A DNA stretch of 51,614 nt, filler included, from Bipalium vagum (taxonomy: Eukaryota), in assembly GCA_037834085.1 (NCBI GenBank). It is 3 parts of 3 records of this genome, joined end to end, with 100 filler letters (N's around TTAATTAATTAA, not from the genome) between each part and the next. Parts side by side here need not be neighbours in the genome. Positions count along the whole stretch, not along the records: positions 1 to 15,562 come from JBBMKC010159535.1; positions 15,663 to 35,062 come from JBBMKC010003751.1; 1 more part is not named here. The stretch is one strand, 5' to 3'. Below are positions 14,655 to 27,280 of this stretch, in pieces; the first letter of the stretch is position 1; every line of letters starts with the position of its first letter. The notes below the pieces were generated by a model, which was given only the letters and a program-made list of their open reading frames with translations, was not told the DNA's origin and made no database searches. A program made the translations under genes and the position numbers.

Positions 14655-15562
14655 CAATGTCGTCCATATGTTTTGGGCCACCTCTAAAATTTCGATAAAA
14701 TGATGAAAATATATAATTATAAGTACTTTAATCCTGTTTATATTTAAATATATGATAAAATATGTTGAAGTACATGTTTCCAATAAAAAATTCCCAAAGT
14801 AAAATTTTTGTAAATGTAGAAAAACCGATTTGATCAGAAATATCAATTTTAAGTCATTTTGAATACAAGACTAAAACGTCAATAAAATATCTTACATTTC
14901 AAATGATCAAACACATAATAATAAAAAGTCAACCTCATGAACAATCGCGATACTCGAATTCAGTGCTTTGTACTCATGCCTTTATTTTTAATGACCTCTT
15001 GCATCCTTCTTGGCATGCTTTCATATAGATTTTTAATTTTAGATGTTGGAATCATTGCCCACTGAATCTCAAAATTCTCCCATAGTGCCTCAATATTTGT
15101 CGGCCTACAGCTATGAACTCTGGCTTTTAGGTCAGCTCACAACGGCTCAATTATAATCAAATCTGGCGATTGAGCCGGCCAATCACTGAGTACGCAGATT
15201 TTTTACATGTCCAAAAAAGAAGACGCCAATTTTGATTTGTGGCACGGAGCTCTGTCTTGTTGAAATATATACTCTGCATCAGATATTTGGAGCAATCCTC
15301 TCTTCAATACATCCTTGTAAGCATCAGAATTCATCCGATCTGGACACCTTACCAAAACTCTAATGTCATCTTTTTTAATTGCACCCCAAACCATGAACAT
15401 ATTACCTCCGAATTTCACCGTTTTCGTGGTATATTTTGGACTATACCTTGATCCTTGCGGTCTGCGGACGTCTTCTTCTAGAGATCAGTTCTATGCGACT
15501 TTCATCAGAAAAAATCACCTCATTCCAAAAAGAAGGAAGCAGTTTGCTATAATCTCTGCACT
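14655..15562 (-). mobile_element. Tc1 (DD34E) element, cut by the contig end
   Basis: IFSDES, KFGGNMFMVWGAI, IFQQDRAPCHKSK and WPAQSPDLIIIE. Terminal TA-CAATGTCGTCCATATGTTTTGG near 14653. Confidence 0.85.
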
Positions 15563-15662
15563 NNNNNNNNNNNNNNNNNNNNNNNNNNNNNNNNNNNNNN
15601 NNNNNNTTAATTAATTAANNNNNNNNNNNNNNNNNNNNNNNNNNNNNNNNNNNNNNNNNNNN
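15563..15662. other. Artificial contig linker (44 N + TTAATTAATTAA + 44 N)
   Basis: Identical to the linker at 35063-35162. TTAATTAATTAA places a stop codon in all six frames. Confidence 0.95.
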
Positions 15663-16498
15663 TGTAGTATATATTTTTTAGTGTTTTCCATTTTAATAAA
15701 TTATTATTCTTGCATTTAATAATGAATTACGTAAAAAAACATTTTAGAAATTGAATTTACGACTAAAACACGAAACTTTTTGTTTGAGTCTATTTCAATG
15801 ACCAGGTTTTGTATATATTAGACATTTGGACCACTTAAGTTCTTTAAATGTTATCAATACTGTACTTTAATTCTAACGTAAATTAATTTTTGATAATATG
15901 AAAAAAAAGCAAAATATCTCGCTAATGAATACGACAATGTAAAAATAGTCTTCTTGGTTTAGAAAAGCCAGTTTGAAACCAGTCATCTGATAAGCATGAT
16001 GAAGACCATTTTCTATTCTGTTCATTAATCAATTTTTATCACCCTGGTTTTGCTACTAAGACAGTTATCAGCGGAATTTCTTCTGAATATAGATGTCTCA
16101 ATTTATAGTCCGTTATCCACAAAAAATCATAACCAGCTATTTATTCATTTTTTGACTTTTTCAACAAATTAAGACCCATCTGAACCTCTTTTTTGTCAAA
16201 ACTACATTAGATCTTCGAATATTTGCTTTAAAACATCAACATAACCAGTAAGGGATCATTTTCGAAATTTATTTTTCAGATTCTTATTCAAGTTTTGGAA
16301 CTTATGAAAATAGTGTATTAAGTTTTAAAACCATCTCCTGTGTATTACTTTGTTAACTCTGAATTCTTGAACCAAAATGGCACATAACTCCATTTACCAC
16401 ATGTTAACTAGTTGGTGCCCTCGTAAATGGAATATTACAATAATTTCAGGAAAGTTTTAAAAAAAATATTGTATATATTAGAACTCAGATTTATAAAT

Positions 16499-16505
<7 letters not shown>

Positions 16506-16535
<30 letters not shown>
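16506..16535. repeat. (TA)n microsatellite
   Basis: Seen directly in the sequence. Confidence 0.9.
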
Positions 16536-16538
<3 letters not shown>

Positions 16539-16829
16539 AAATAATAAAATATAATAATAAAAAGTCTGAGTAAAAGGTTATTTCTTGTAAGATTCTGAAT
16601 TATTATTGATAAATACCCTATTATTTTCCCTGGTGACCTAATAAGCATTATATTGAGTTTAAATTAATATTTGTAACTATTAATATTGGGTTTTATTTTA
16701 ATAAATAAATTAAAACCATATTATGTTTAATTAAAATGTAATGTTTTGTTAAAATACTTGCATTAAAACTATTGATTTTAATATGTATTGTAATCAATTA
16801 TCGACAAAAGAACTATACCAAATTTCATA

Positions 16830-17205
16830 AACTAGAAGACAATTGTGCTGCTGCACAACAATGCCAGACTATACCCATCTTTGAAGTCCTAGTAAAAATT
16901 AAATGGGCTTGGCTGGGAAATAGCGATGTATCCATCGTATAGCCCAGATATGGTACTGTCAGATAATGATTTATTTAGATCTCTGTAGTATTCTCTCAAA
17001 GTTCAAATCCATGCATAAGTGTAAAGGATATTTGGTACAAAAAAATTTCTCAAAGATGATCAGCTAAAATAGAAAGAGATTATTGATATAAAAGATGTTT
17101 CAGTAAATTTTTTGTTATACTTTTCTTATTCGGTTTCAATGTTTTTATAAAATACGAAAAACATTTTCCTCCACCCATTATAAATTAATAATTATTTAAT
17201 CAGAT
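16830..17205 (+). mobile_element. mariner 3' remnant
   Basis: LLHNNARL and LGWEIAMYPSYSPDMVLSDNDLFRSL*. Confidence 0.75.
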
Positions 17206-18084
17206 TCAGAATCTGTGAAAAATTATTTAATCTAATTTTAACGAAAAATAAATTTAATTAATATATTTTACTATAAAATAATTGGTTGGAAGAATAAATT
17301 TATTATTTTAATTTCTTCTGTTTCAATATTAATGAAAATATTTCTGACATTGATATTAATAAAACTAACAAAACGATTTTATTATAATTTATTTTAATAT
17401 TTGTTATTTTCTTTCAAAGATATAGAGATGATAAGAGGTAGAATAATTTCTCTGATATTTCCAAAAAGAAATAAATTTTAATTTATTGAGTAATAAAGTA
17501 GAATTTTCTGTGGCAAAAAGATACAATTTTCACGATATTTATTAAATTAATAAGAAATAATAAAATAATATATTTTTATTATTATTATTATTTTATTTAA
17601 AACAGAGTTTATGGGATTCATAAAACTGATTCAATTGATCAGAAAATATCTACATATTGTTAAGTTTATAAAAATAATAATAAAAATATTTTTTAGCTTT
17701 CATAAAAACTCTTACCTCACAGAACTTTCTCACTTTGATAATTAAACAAAATATAGAAATGAAAAAAGTTAAAAATATAAAAAATGCAGCTCTTATTCTC
17801 GATATTTTTAATATTATATTTATTAAATGTGAATTAAAAAGGTGTTAGAAATGAAGAGCACGTATATTCAAAATTTTAAACAGTAACAATTTTTTATAAA
17901 ATGTGGAAAAAATGAGCAAAATTAAATTATAAAATATAAAATTCTAACTATCACTTAATAAATATATAATAAAAAAGATAAATACGTACAATAAACTATA
18001 TGAACATACTGAATACTTTCTTTTTCCCGAATTAAATCTTAAATAAATGATTTCAAAAGAATACGAAATCTGATATAACTATTT

Positions 18085-18400
18085 TTAGCCAATCAAAACG
18101 GAGTATCCAAAAAATAATTTCTTTCGTTTCATTTGTAACAAATGAAAGAAAATTGATTGAGATTTTCGGATGATGGAGTAGATAGTTATTGTTGAGAATC
18201 TGAAGTTGATTTGGAAGTCCAACTCTTGCCTATTGTACCATAAATTCTTTGCCAACACAAAGAAACAATTGTAACTCATCATCCGTTGATCCTATTCATC
18301 GACTTTTGAAAATGAGTCCAGAAAAGATATATCGGTCTGATAGTTTTCATTAGCAGTAACACTTAATTATTAAAGTATTTCACAATTTTCAGGTCAATTT
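18085..18400 (-). mobile_element. Possible piggyBac transposase C-terminal remnant
   Basis: VDE*DQRMMSYN...KNLWYNR resembles the piggyBac GVD..DQ..SYY...KWY motif. A second weak fragment (TGYV...GY.FFVDN) lies at ~15950-16300. Confidence 0.35.
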
Positions 18401-18939
18401 AGGGTTCTTCATCATTCTAAACTCATTTTTCAGTCGACTGTTTGATTTGAGGCAAAGCATAATTTCTATTTCCCTTATAAAAAAAATAATTGAATTATTC
18501 TACATGTCACAGAATAATGGAATTTCTCTTTCACGAAATGAAAAAATTATTTACGTTAATTCAATGAAATAAAATTAATTTTTTAGTGAGAATATTTCAC
18601 ACCTAAATAATTAATTATTCCATGACACATTCAGACAAATTATTAGTATTTATTAAATTTGAAATCGTGAGAAGAATACCTGTTTTAATTTTCCCTGTGA
18701 TTTTACGGAAATTTGGCAATATTCGTGCCATTTAGAAAATTCCCAAATTCATATTGGTATTTCATTTATTGTTTAGTGTCAGGTGAAATAATAATTTTAT
18801 AATTTTATATGAAAAAAAATTGAGTCAAATATTATTTGAAGCACTTACCAGTAATTTAATTCTTAATATTCATTCGAAGGTCAAAATTTGTGGAAAATTT
18901 CGCATAATGTTTTTGACCTTGAAATTTCTCTTATTTATA

Positions 18940-19825
18940 TTAGGTGTACAAGTTGAAAATGACGACTTTTTAAGAGTGCAAAAATATTTATTTTAACAAA
19001 CCTAAACAAAATTTTCTATTCAAAGTCATTTCAATTTCTATCTTTAACTTTGGCCAATTTAAAAGAAAGATAATGCACTGTCGATCTAAAAAAATAATAA
19101 TCATATGGAGAAATTTCTAGCAATTACGGCGGGTGTGGTAAGACAATCCATTATTATTATTTAGACATCCAAACCAAGTATATTCAACATTTTGAGAAAA
19201 ATGAATTTCCCATGTCTTTTAGTCTACTCTGGTTGTTTTATTTTCAATGCATCACCTCACTTAAGCAATTGTTTTTGATATCTGTTACCAGTAATCGTTT
19301 AACCAGTTTTAAGAGCTCGTAATACAGTACATCCTACCATATGCACTTTCCATGGATATTGCGTTTTGCAATAGATGATGACGATTGACCTGGGTCACAC
19401 CATCCAGGAATGCTTGCAAATCTGTATCTTCGAAATTTTTCGAATGACCTGGGTGTTCGGTGTCTTGCACATTGAAGTTTCCATTTTAAATCTATCAAAC
19501 TAACGTTCGTTTGTTTATTGAAAAAGAGATTTGTCAACATTAATTTCCACAATCCTGTGGTAATTCTCGGCTGCTTTTTGTATTGAAAATACAGAAAAAT
19601 TAAAACGTATTGCAAATGATATTTATTACCTGAAATTCAGACATATTTATTAACAAAATATCTATGTATTATGTATACACATATTATGTATATTACACTC
19701 ACTTTTGTTTTCGAATATATTTTGAATTAGAGTACCTGAAAGATATTTATTTATTTATTTATTTATTTATACGAATATTACAACAATTCTTTTATTAAAT
19801 CTTCATCTTCAACTTGCACACCTAA
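18940..19825 (-). mobile_element. Internally deleted mariner element with both TIRs
   Basis: TIRs TTAGGTGTACAAGTTGAAAATGA and TCATCTTCAACTTGCACACCTAA, each flanked by TA. Internal WCDPGQSSSSIAKRNIHGKCIW*DVLYYELLK. Confidence 0.85.
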
Positions 19826-19920
19826 TATTATTAAATATTTCAAATTTAAAATATTTTTGGAATATATACTTAAACTTTTCTCTAATTTACAGAAAACTTA
19901 TATTTATAAAATAAATATTA

Positions 19921-20374
19921 CCGTAGATACACGAATATAAGTCGACCTCGTGTATAAGTAGAAGGGGAAAAATGGGAAATTTTGTGGAAAAACCGTATGG
20001 CTCTTATATAAGTCGAGGTTAAAATATATGTCTTGGCAGTTTCCTCTTTCGTACATTTGGAAAATAACATAAAATAACAAGGAAAAAATGTCAATCTTTT
20101 GATACTTTATTGCAAAATATTCGTGATAATATTTATATTTTTATTTACAAACATGGCATCATAGGTAACATTTATTCAAAACCACAAAACTCGGAATCCG
20201 AGTCTGATTGAAGAAGTTGCAATGCCTGCTGATTAGTCATATGGTCTGAATAGAAGACGTCATCATCCGATTCGTCATAATCTTCGGCAGCGGTGGTATC
20301 ATCTTAGTTAAAACTGCTATGAAATATCTGCTATCTTATAGAAAAAACCTCGACTTATATTCGAGTATCTACGG
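19921..20374. mobile_element. Non-autonomous Tc2/pogo-like element (MITE), 454 bp
   Basis: TIRs CCGTAGATACACGAATATAAGTCGA and TCGACTTATATTCGAGTATCTACGG, TA TSD, and repeated subterminal TATAAGTCGA motifs. Confidence 0.88.
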
Positions 20375-20399
20375 TATTTAATATTTTATAATAATACTC

Positions 20400-20845
20400 C
20401 CGAGGTGTAATTATCATTAAAGGCACCTATTGGTGAGTTTTTGATGGTCTAGCATAGATTTAATTTATTTTGAATTCATGAAACCTGGCTAATTGATCAA
20501 AACAGAAATATACTGTAACCAATTGACCTGCTGACGGCATGATACAAAAAATTTTATCACTCTCCACAATCATCAGACATAACAACCACTGATTACCGTT
20601 TCTTACTCAATTTTGAATAATTTTTATTAGAAAAACCATTCAATGATGTAAAACTGGCCTTCCAGGATTTCATTTACCGTCCACCAGCTTTTTACATGGA
20701 AGGATGAACAAACTGCCGCTTAAATGGCAAAATGTATAGAAAATATGTTTGCATACTTTGATGAATAACATAATTCCTTGTAATTCTAATATATCAATGA
20801 ACAGTATTTCATTTTACAAATTTCATATTTAATAACCTGAAATAT
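20400..20845 (+). mobile_element. mariner 3' remnant
   Basis: HSPQSSDITTTDYRFLLNFE*FLLEKPF resembles HPPYSPDLAPTDYHFF. Confidence 0.6.
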
Positions 20846-20879
20846 ATAATAATGTAGTTTGTTTTTATTTTTTTACTTT

Positions 20880-21828
20880 TGTTACTATTATACTTAGATG
20901 TAGTAACGTGTGCTCGTGTGCTCGTGTGCTCGTCTAATCACTTTTATAAATCATTGTGTTCGTAACTCCTTTCAACCTTTTCGAATCAAAACATCCACCA
21001 CAATATCGTATCCGCACCCTTAAGAACTGAATCCAACTTCTACAAAAAATCTTTATTTGAACAATCACACAATCACACTGGCAAAAAATAACCACTTCTT
21101 TAAATCATTCCATAATCAATGAGTCTAATAAATAACAATGTCACCAAGAATAATGATAAATAAATAAAATAAAATAAAAGTAAATACTGTTACTATTATA
21201 ATAAAAGAGAAGAAAAAGTCAAGACTAAAAACAAAACGGTCTCACCAAGAGCTACAAGGGGTCCCTGGGTCGCCCTCTAGGTCCTTCTCAGGTCACCTTG
21301 GGGTTCCCAAGCTTGCTGGGTCCCCTTGTTAAATCCTTCTGCGTCGCCATATCCACTAAGAGGAAAACCTGAAATTGAATTCGAAACTGATTCTGAATTG
21401 TCGCTCGGCTTGAAGTTTATCCTGAATTGATTCTTTCCTTTTTTGGGCCAATTGACGGGAAAAGCCGTCTCTTTATATAGGCGTAGAGATTGGTCTACGA
21501 TCACCAATCCCTACGCTTAGAGACGGCTATTTTCCCTAATAGCTATCAACTCTATCTCCACGCCGAGATAGACTCATGTCAAGGCTAATGGAATCCTGTC
21601 AGGAAATCCATTAGCCCAATCTCGCGAAAAATCCCCACGGCGGAATTTGCTCATCAAAAAAAAATTTTTAACGAAAAGTATTTTTAAAAATTCTTATTAT
21701 TATTATTAAGTTGCAAAACAAAATAATATGATTATTTTTATTATTAATACTAATTATTATTTTTTTAATATTTTTTATAATTGCTATTACTATTATTATC
21801 ATCATTATTATTGCTCCAAAACCCAACA
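20880..21828 (-). mobile_element. Solo LTR, family A (probably Ty3/Gypsy), 949 bp
   Basis: TGTT...AACA termini, with a 4-bp TSD CTTT at 20876-20879 and 21829-21832. On the minus strand there is a TATA box (CTATATAAAG, 21471-21480) and a downstream AATAAA (21052-21057). Homologous to 32091-32959 in the opposite orientation. Confidence 0.85.
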
Positions 21829-23029
21829 CTTTAAAAATATTTTATTACTTTTCCTTTTGTACGATCCAAAAGTTCTCTATCAAATAAATAAGTGTAATAT
21901 TTTCATTTCCCATAATAAAAATAAAATAATTATTTATTCAATCATTTTTAACAAAATTAAAAATAGAATTTCGAACAAAAATTTTGAGAAACTGAATTTT
22001 ACCATAAAGTAAATCAATCAGAAATATTAAGATATCATAGTGAATGAAAATAAAATTAAGTTGAAAAAATAAACTATCCTATCAAATTTGTTAACAAAAA
22101 TACTCCATTTTGGTCCAGATCAAATTCAACTGATGAGAAGCAATTGAGTTTTCGTGTATCTCGCAAAAACAAAATCTCGACATCAACACCATGCTTTATA
22201 CCGTGAAGATGTTTCAGACATTCTTCAAATCAATTATGCCATTAAAATACATGTTTGGATGAAGTGGGGTCAAAAGGAAAGTCGAACTTTACTGTCCTCA
22301 AACTAAGCCTTAATACCAATGCTTACTGTACCTTTTTAGCCGACGTTGTATCAGACATTTAAGATCGAAGATAGCTACATAAGAAATCCATTCTTGAAAA
22401 CTATCATGAAAATAAATTCAAACAGTGGAAAAAAAATTACTTTCACCATTTCTTTAATATCTTTCAATTAGGCGTAAATGATCCATTTTATGATTTACCA
22501 AAAATGGATTATGTTTGTTTAATTGAAAGAATTTAGAGACAGTTAAACATCATATGCCAAAAACACCTCATGGATTTTGTGACAAAATTATGAGTGAGTT
22601 GAAAAGACTAAACTCTAACCATCTCCAAAATGATTCATTTTAGGACCATTGTTAATCTCAAAGGCAACCGAATTCCGTCATGGTGGAAGTCCAATTACTC
22701 AGACATAGCTTGTCACTGTGTCATTTGCAGCGAGAGAGATTGACATTGAAATATGGTCAAAAGTGATAGTGATAGTGGATGACAATTCTCTGATATATTT
22801 GTTTTTTTGTTAAATAAATTTTGACTTGAATGTTAATTTTAGAGACTTGCATTTGTAAACTTGGGAAATGAATTTTATGTGAAACATACTTAAGATGTTT
22901 AGATTATTACCAAGATATTAATAAAACAAATTGATATACTAAGTTTATGGAAAAGCCTTATATATACATATAGTTATATACCTTATATTATACATTAATA
23001 TATTAAATTTTACAGAAATTCTTCGAGTT

Positions 23030-23260
23030 TTCACTATAAAATAATGAAAAAATAATTTTTCATGTACTATTTCTAATTCAGCGCAATAGACATCGGCGGT
23101 GATGGTTTCTTTGGTGTTTAGAAACATGATGAATGATTCTCTCTAAAGTTCACCAATCATACACTAAAATATTTTTACAAAATAATCCAGCCTTTAGTGC
23201 TTGTGATATATAGAATTCTTAGGATTATCCAATTGTTATGTTCCTAAAAAATATGAGTTT
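23030..23260 (-). mobile_element. mariner fragment
   Basis: FLNTKETITADVYCAELEIVHEKL. Confidence 0.5.
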
Positions 23261-25278
23261 AATGTGGTTAAGAAAATCGAATTATGAACTTTTAGGTAAA
23301 TTAATACAATAAATATGATATCAAGGGTTTACGGATGAACGTTCAAAGCAAAAATATAAAACTTTAATGATCGAATAAAAATTAAAATTAACTAAGATAA
23401 CGAAATAGATTTCAAAATATTTATTTGAAATTATGATTTTTACAATTTGACTCTTTATAGGATGATTAAAAAAAAGGATGATGATTTGGCACAAACTTAG
23501 TTCGAGCACTTATTTATAAGAACTTATGAATAATATTACCAAGTCAATCGGTGAAGAATGCTAGATATTTTACAAAAAAGTTTGAAATATAGAACTGAAC
23601 TTCTGTTACGATAATGGCACAGATATTTTTACAGTTTAAAAAGATATTTCTTTCTAATTATGTGAATTTGAAACACCCAAGATACTGTAAAAAGGTTAAT
23701 CCACAAATGGGATGATTTTTCGTAATAATTTTTATTTTGCTGACCAGGATGCTTGTGGTTATTGAGACTGCCTGAGCAGTTTGTTGATTTTGTGTGACTG
23801 CCGAGTTTTGTAGTTTGATTGTTGTACATAAAAAGGGTCTCACCCTCATTTTATTTATTAAATTTTTAGAGTGTTTTGGTTAGATTGTAAGATAATGAGC
23901 TCTTTAGGTAAGCCAACAGCAACCTCAGTAAAGGTCAGGTGAGCTGAGCAAGAGTTGCGCAAAAAAATGACCGTGTGCGATAATTCATTCTTCTGGTTTA
24001 TCTGAAGTTTAATTTAATTAAATATCAAATTAATTTTAAAGCTTATATTTTCTTTATATTCACTTTATTCTCATTAAAATAATAATTTAATAAACTATTT
24101 CTATCGAATATACTCATATATGTTAAAAGTAAAAAAATACATATTTCATTCTCCTAAATTTCAATATTAACCAATGATAAAATCTCGAAAATTTGAGTCA
24201 GTTTTTTCAATAATTAAATCTTTAATTTTTATACAAAAAAGAATAAATAACTTAGCTTATATAAATGGAAAAAAGCTACTACTAAAAATCGTTTGTAACA
24301 ATATTTATTTATAATTTAATAAATTCACAAAAAGGTTTTGATTGTTTCAATTATATTAATATTTTAATATAATATTTAAATTAATTTTAAACATTTTTTT
24401 AGTATAACAATAATAAAAAATATCATTTCAATAATTTAATATATTATATAAATTTCTTTAAAAATTCTAATTAGATTTTACCAAAATAATAATAAGATCC
24501 ATTTATCTGGAAAACTAAGATTGTTAAGAAACGCACCACTAATTTCTTACAAAATCCTAATTAAATAATATTGGCATTTTGCCAACTAGCCACGGAATTT
24601 CTTACATGCCATCCTAACTAAACAAAATATAGATCTATATGTTATTTTTCATAAAATAGTACAAATATTTTTATAAAATATTTTCATGAACATTTTTCAA
24701 ATTTATTCAGTACGAAATAATTGAGGATCCAAGGATTGATTTTTCCGTAAAATTAATTGTAATTTATTTACTTTTTTCTCGTCAAACAGGAAATCACATT
24801 TAGAAAACTCACCCAGATGATGGTAATGTGACACTAATGCTTAACATTAAATATGAAAAATTATTTTTTCAAGTCAAGAAATACTGAAATATATTTTTGG
24901 GATCTTATAAATCTCAGGAAAAATTAAGATTCAAGATACCGAATATACAAAATTCAAAATATCTTTTAATTTAAAAATACGTCGTAACCTTTTTAATCAG
25001 ATTATATCTCAAATAGTAATTTCAGTAATAGAATCCACTTGTGTTAGACATTTTTATAATGTATTTAATAAAAATAATGTGATAATGAAAGATATTTTTC
25101 TTATTGATCAGAATAGGTCAAGAAAAACAGTTCGTATATTAAAAATATTAGAAAAAATATATATATTCCTACTCTTCACTTTTTAAACCTAAATAAGTTT
25201 TAATAACCAAAATCTGTTAAATTTTTGAAAAATTCGATATAAAACTTTTAAAAATTAGTTAGATAAACATTTTTTTTA

Positions 25279-25481
25279 CCGTTCTCGTACCCCCAAAGTG
25301 AAGTTTGTTTTAATTTGTTAATTTAATCAATAGTAACTAAGTACAAAATTAAATTTTTAAAAATTTCATAAAAATTATGATTTAAAATAAATATTAAATC
25401 AGTTTTTAGTTCTCATTTTTAGTTACATAATTATCTATTTAGAATAGATAAACAAAAGTGACCCTGGGGGTATGAGAACGG
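25279..25481. mobile_element. MITE-like element with 17-bp inverted ends
   Basis: CCGTTCTCGTACCCCCA (25279-25295) versus TGGGGGTATGAGAACGG (25465-25481), one mismatch, with an AT-rich interior. Confidence 0.55.
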
Positions 25482-25842
25482 AATTTTAGCCGAATATAAC
25501 TAATCTCTTGAAATTTTTCAAAGTTCAAAATGAGTTGAATGTTTTATTTAGCTTACTGAATCTCAAGAAAATTTTATTTAAGTGCATTGATTAGAATCTT
25601 GTGTGAAAATTCCTATATGAAACAAGAAAATTTATTTTCTTTAAGATTAGATTACTTAAACCTTTGTAAATACAGCACAACGCTCAGAGAAAATCAATTA
25701 TTGATGAATCTGTCGGTAAATAGCACCCTATAAAAAGAAATGAAACTTTTAAATTTAACAAATAATAAATGGATCAAGATATTAGAAAATAGATATTATA
25801 CAAAAAAGTTTTAAAATTGTGTTTATCCCAAACCTGGTTATA

Positions 25843-26560
25843 CAGTCCAGTCTACGGTGAACCTCTGACCCCTTCTTCAGATCCATTTTTTAAATAATAA
25901 GATATTCTTTTTTTAAGTTTATGAGAAGTTTTGGCTTTTCAATTATATACAGCTCGCTTCAGATCTACCCAAGAATCCTCAATTGTCCCCGCTTCAGAAA
26001 CATTTGCCGGGTTATTCAATTTTTCAATAAAATTCACGTTTTCATCTACAAGGTACTTCTGGATCATTTTTGTGTATTAAGATGAAGCTAGATCAGGCCA
26101 AAAAAATTCATTCATTAAGATACACATCTTGGTTACTTGCCTACTTTGATGGCAAAAAAATGGATTGGAAACACCTAAAGATGGAAAAGCTATCCAAACC
26201 AATGTTTTCCTTCATATTTGGACTTTAACTGATGTTTAGCATGATTAACTTAACATGTTTAACTTTATTTGAATAATAGTGGCGATTTCCAGTTTGTGTA
26301 CTGTTGGATAACGTAAAATAAGATTCATCATCTAAAATAAAATTTTTGTAGGTATTGTAAAGATTTCGGAATTTAGGCCTCACTTTTTTGAGTTTCGGTT
26401 TTGTAATTTTCTTAAAACACTGTATGTTTCATTTAACATCATTGAAACGTACGGATGAGAACATTTCATAGTCTTAGCAACCGATTTTTGACCAATTTCA
26501 CAGGTATTTTTCAATTTTTTATAACAATTTCAGGTTGCATTTCGTCGCAATTTTGGGTTG
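25843..26560 (-). mobile_element. DD37E (ITmD37E-like) transposon remnant
   Basis: The minus strand reads FWPDLASS*YTKMIQKYLVDENVNFIEKLNNPANVSEAGTIEDSW, with 37 codons between D and E. ILDDESYFTL lies upstream, and there is a TA-CAGTCC terminus at 25841. Confidence 0.8.
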
Positions 26561-26766
26561 ACGAAACCTTTCTTTTTTCTTTAATAATAGTTAGAATAAA
26601 ATATAACTCATCGAATATTGGAAAAAAACTGCAACTAATAATTACTACTACTACCAATAATATTATTATTAAAATTAAAAATATTACTATAAATAATAAA
26701 ATTAATAAATAAATAATAAAAAGCAAACATTGTATTTGGTTCAAAAAATATGTCTAGGAAAAACTT

Positions 26767-27235
26767 TTAAGCAGCTTTATTCAGCTTGTTCCTTTCATAT
26801 TTTGGCCTACGGTCCTTTTTGAAACCGATATCTTTAGGCGCATGGCTACCTTGCCTTTTACTGACTGGTCCCAAGCCGTTTTCACCGTTTTGCAGGCCTA
26901 TCGCATTGTCTTGATATTTCTTTTTCTCAAATTGACGCTTGTCGTATTGAGTAAATTTAAGCTTCGATGGTTCCATAATTTCACCTTTGTCTTCAACAAA
27001 ATCATTAATGGTACCTTTGTCACGTTGAGAAAGATTTTCACTATTGGAGTTTTTGGTGATAGAATCGACGATTGGAGAACACTTTTGTATATTAACTTCT
27101 TCGGATGTTCTTTAAAATATATTGATTATCAATTAAGAAAATTATTTATTATTATTAGTTTATATTTTTTACTTTTATCATTTATTTTTTTACAATTATT
27201 ATTTATTTTATTACTAATATTATTCAATATTACCA

Positions 27236-27280
<45 letters not shown>

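Noticed and set aside
15607-15618. TTAATTAATTAA as a biological site, e.g. a piggyBac TTAA target
   Set aside because: It is centred in N runs and duplicated exactly at 35107-35118, so it is an assembly linker.
21277-21507. 76-aa ORF in the solo LTR (also 32342-32560)
   Set aside because: The ORF is not conserved between the two LTR copies.
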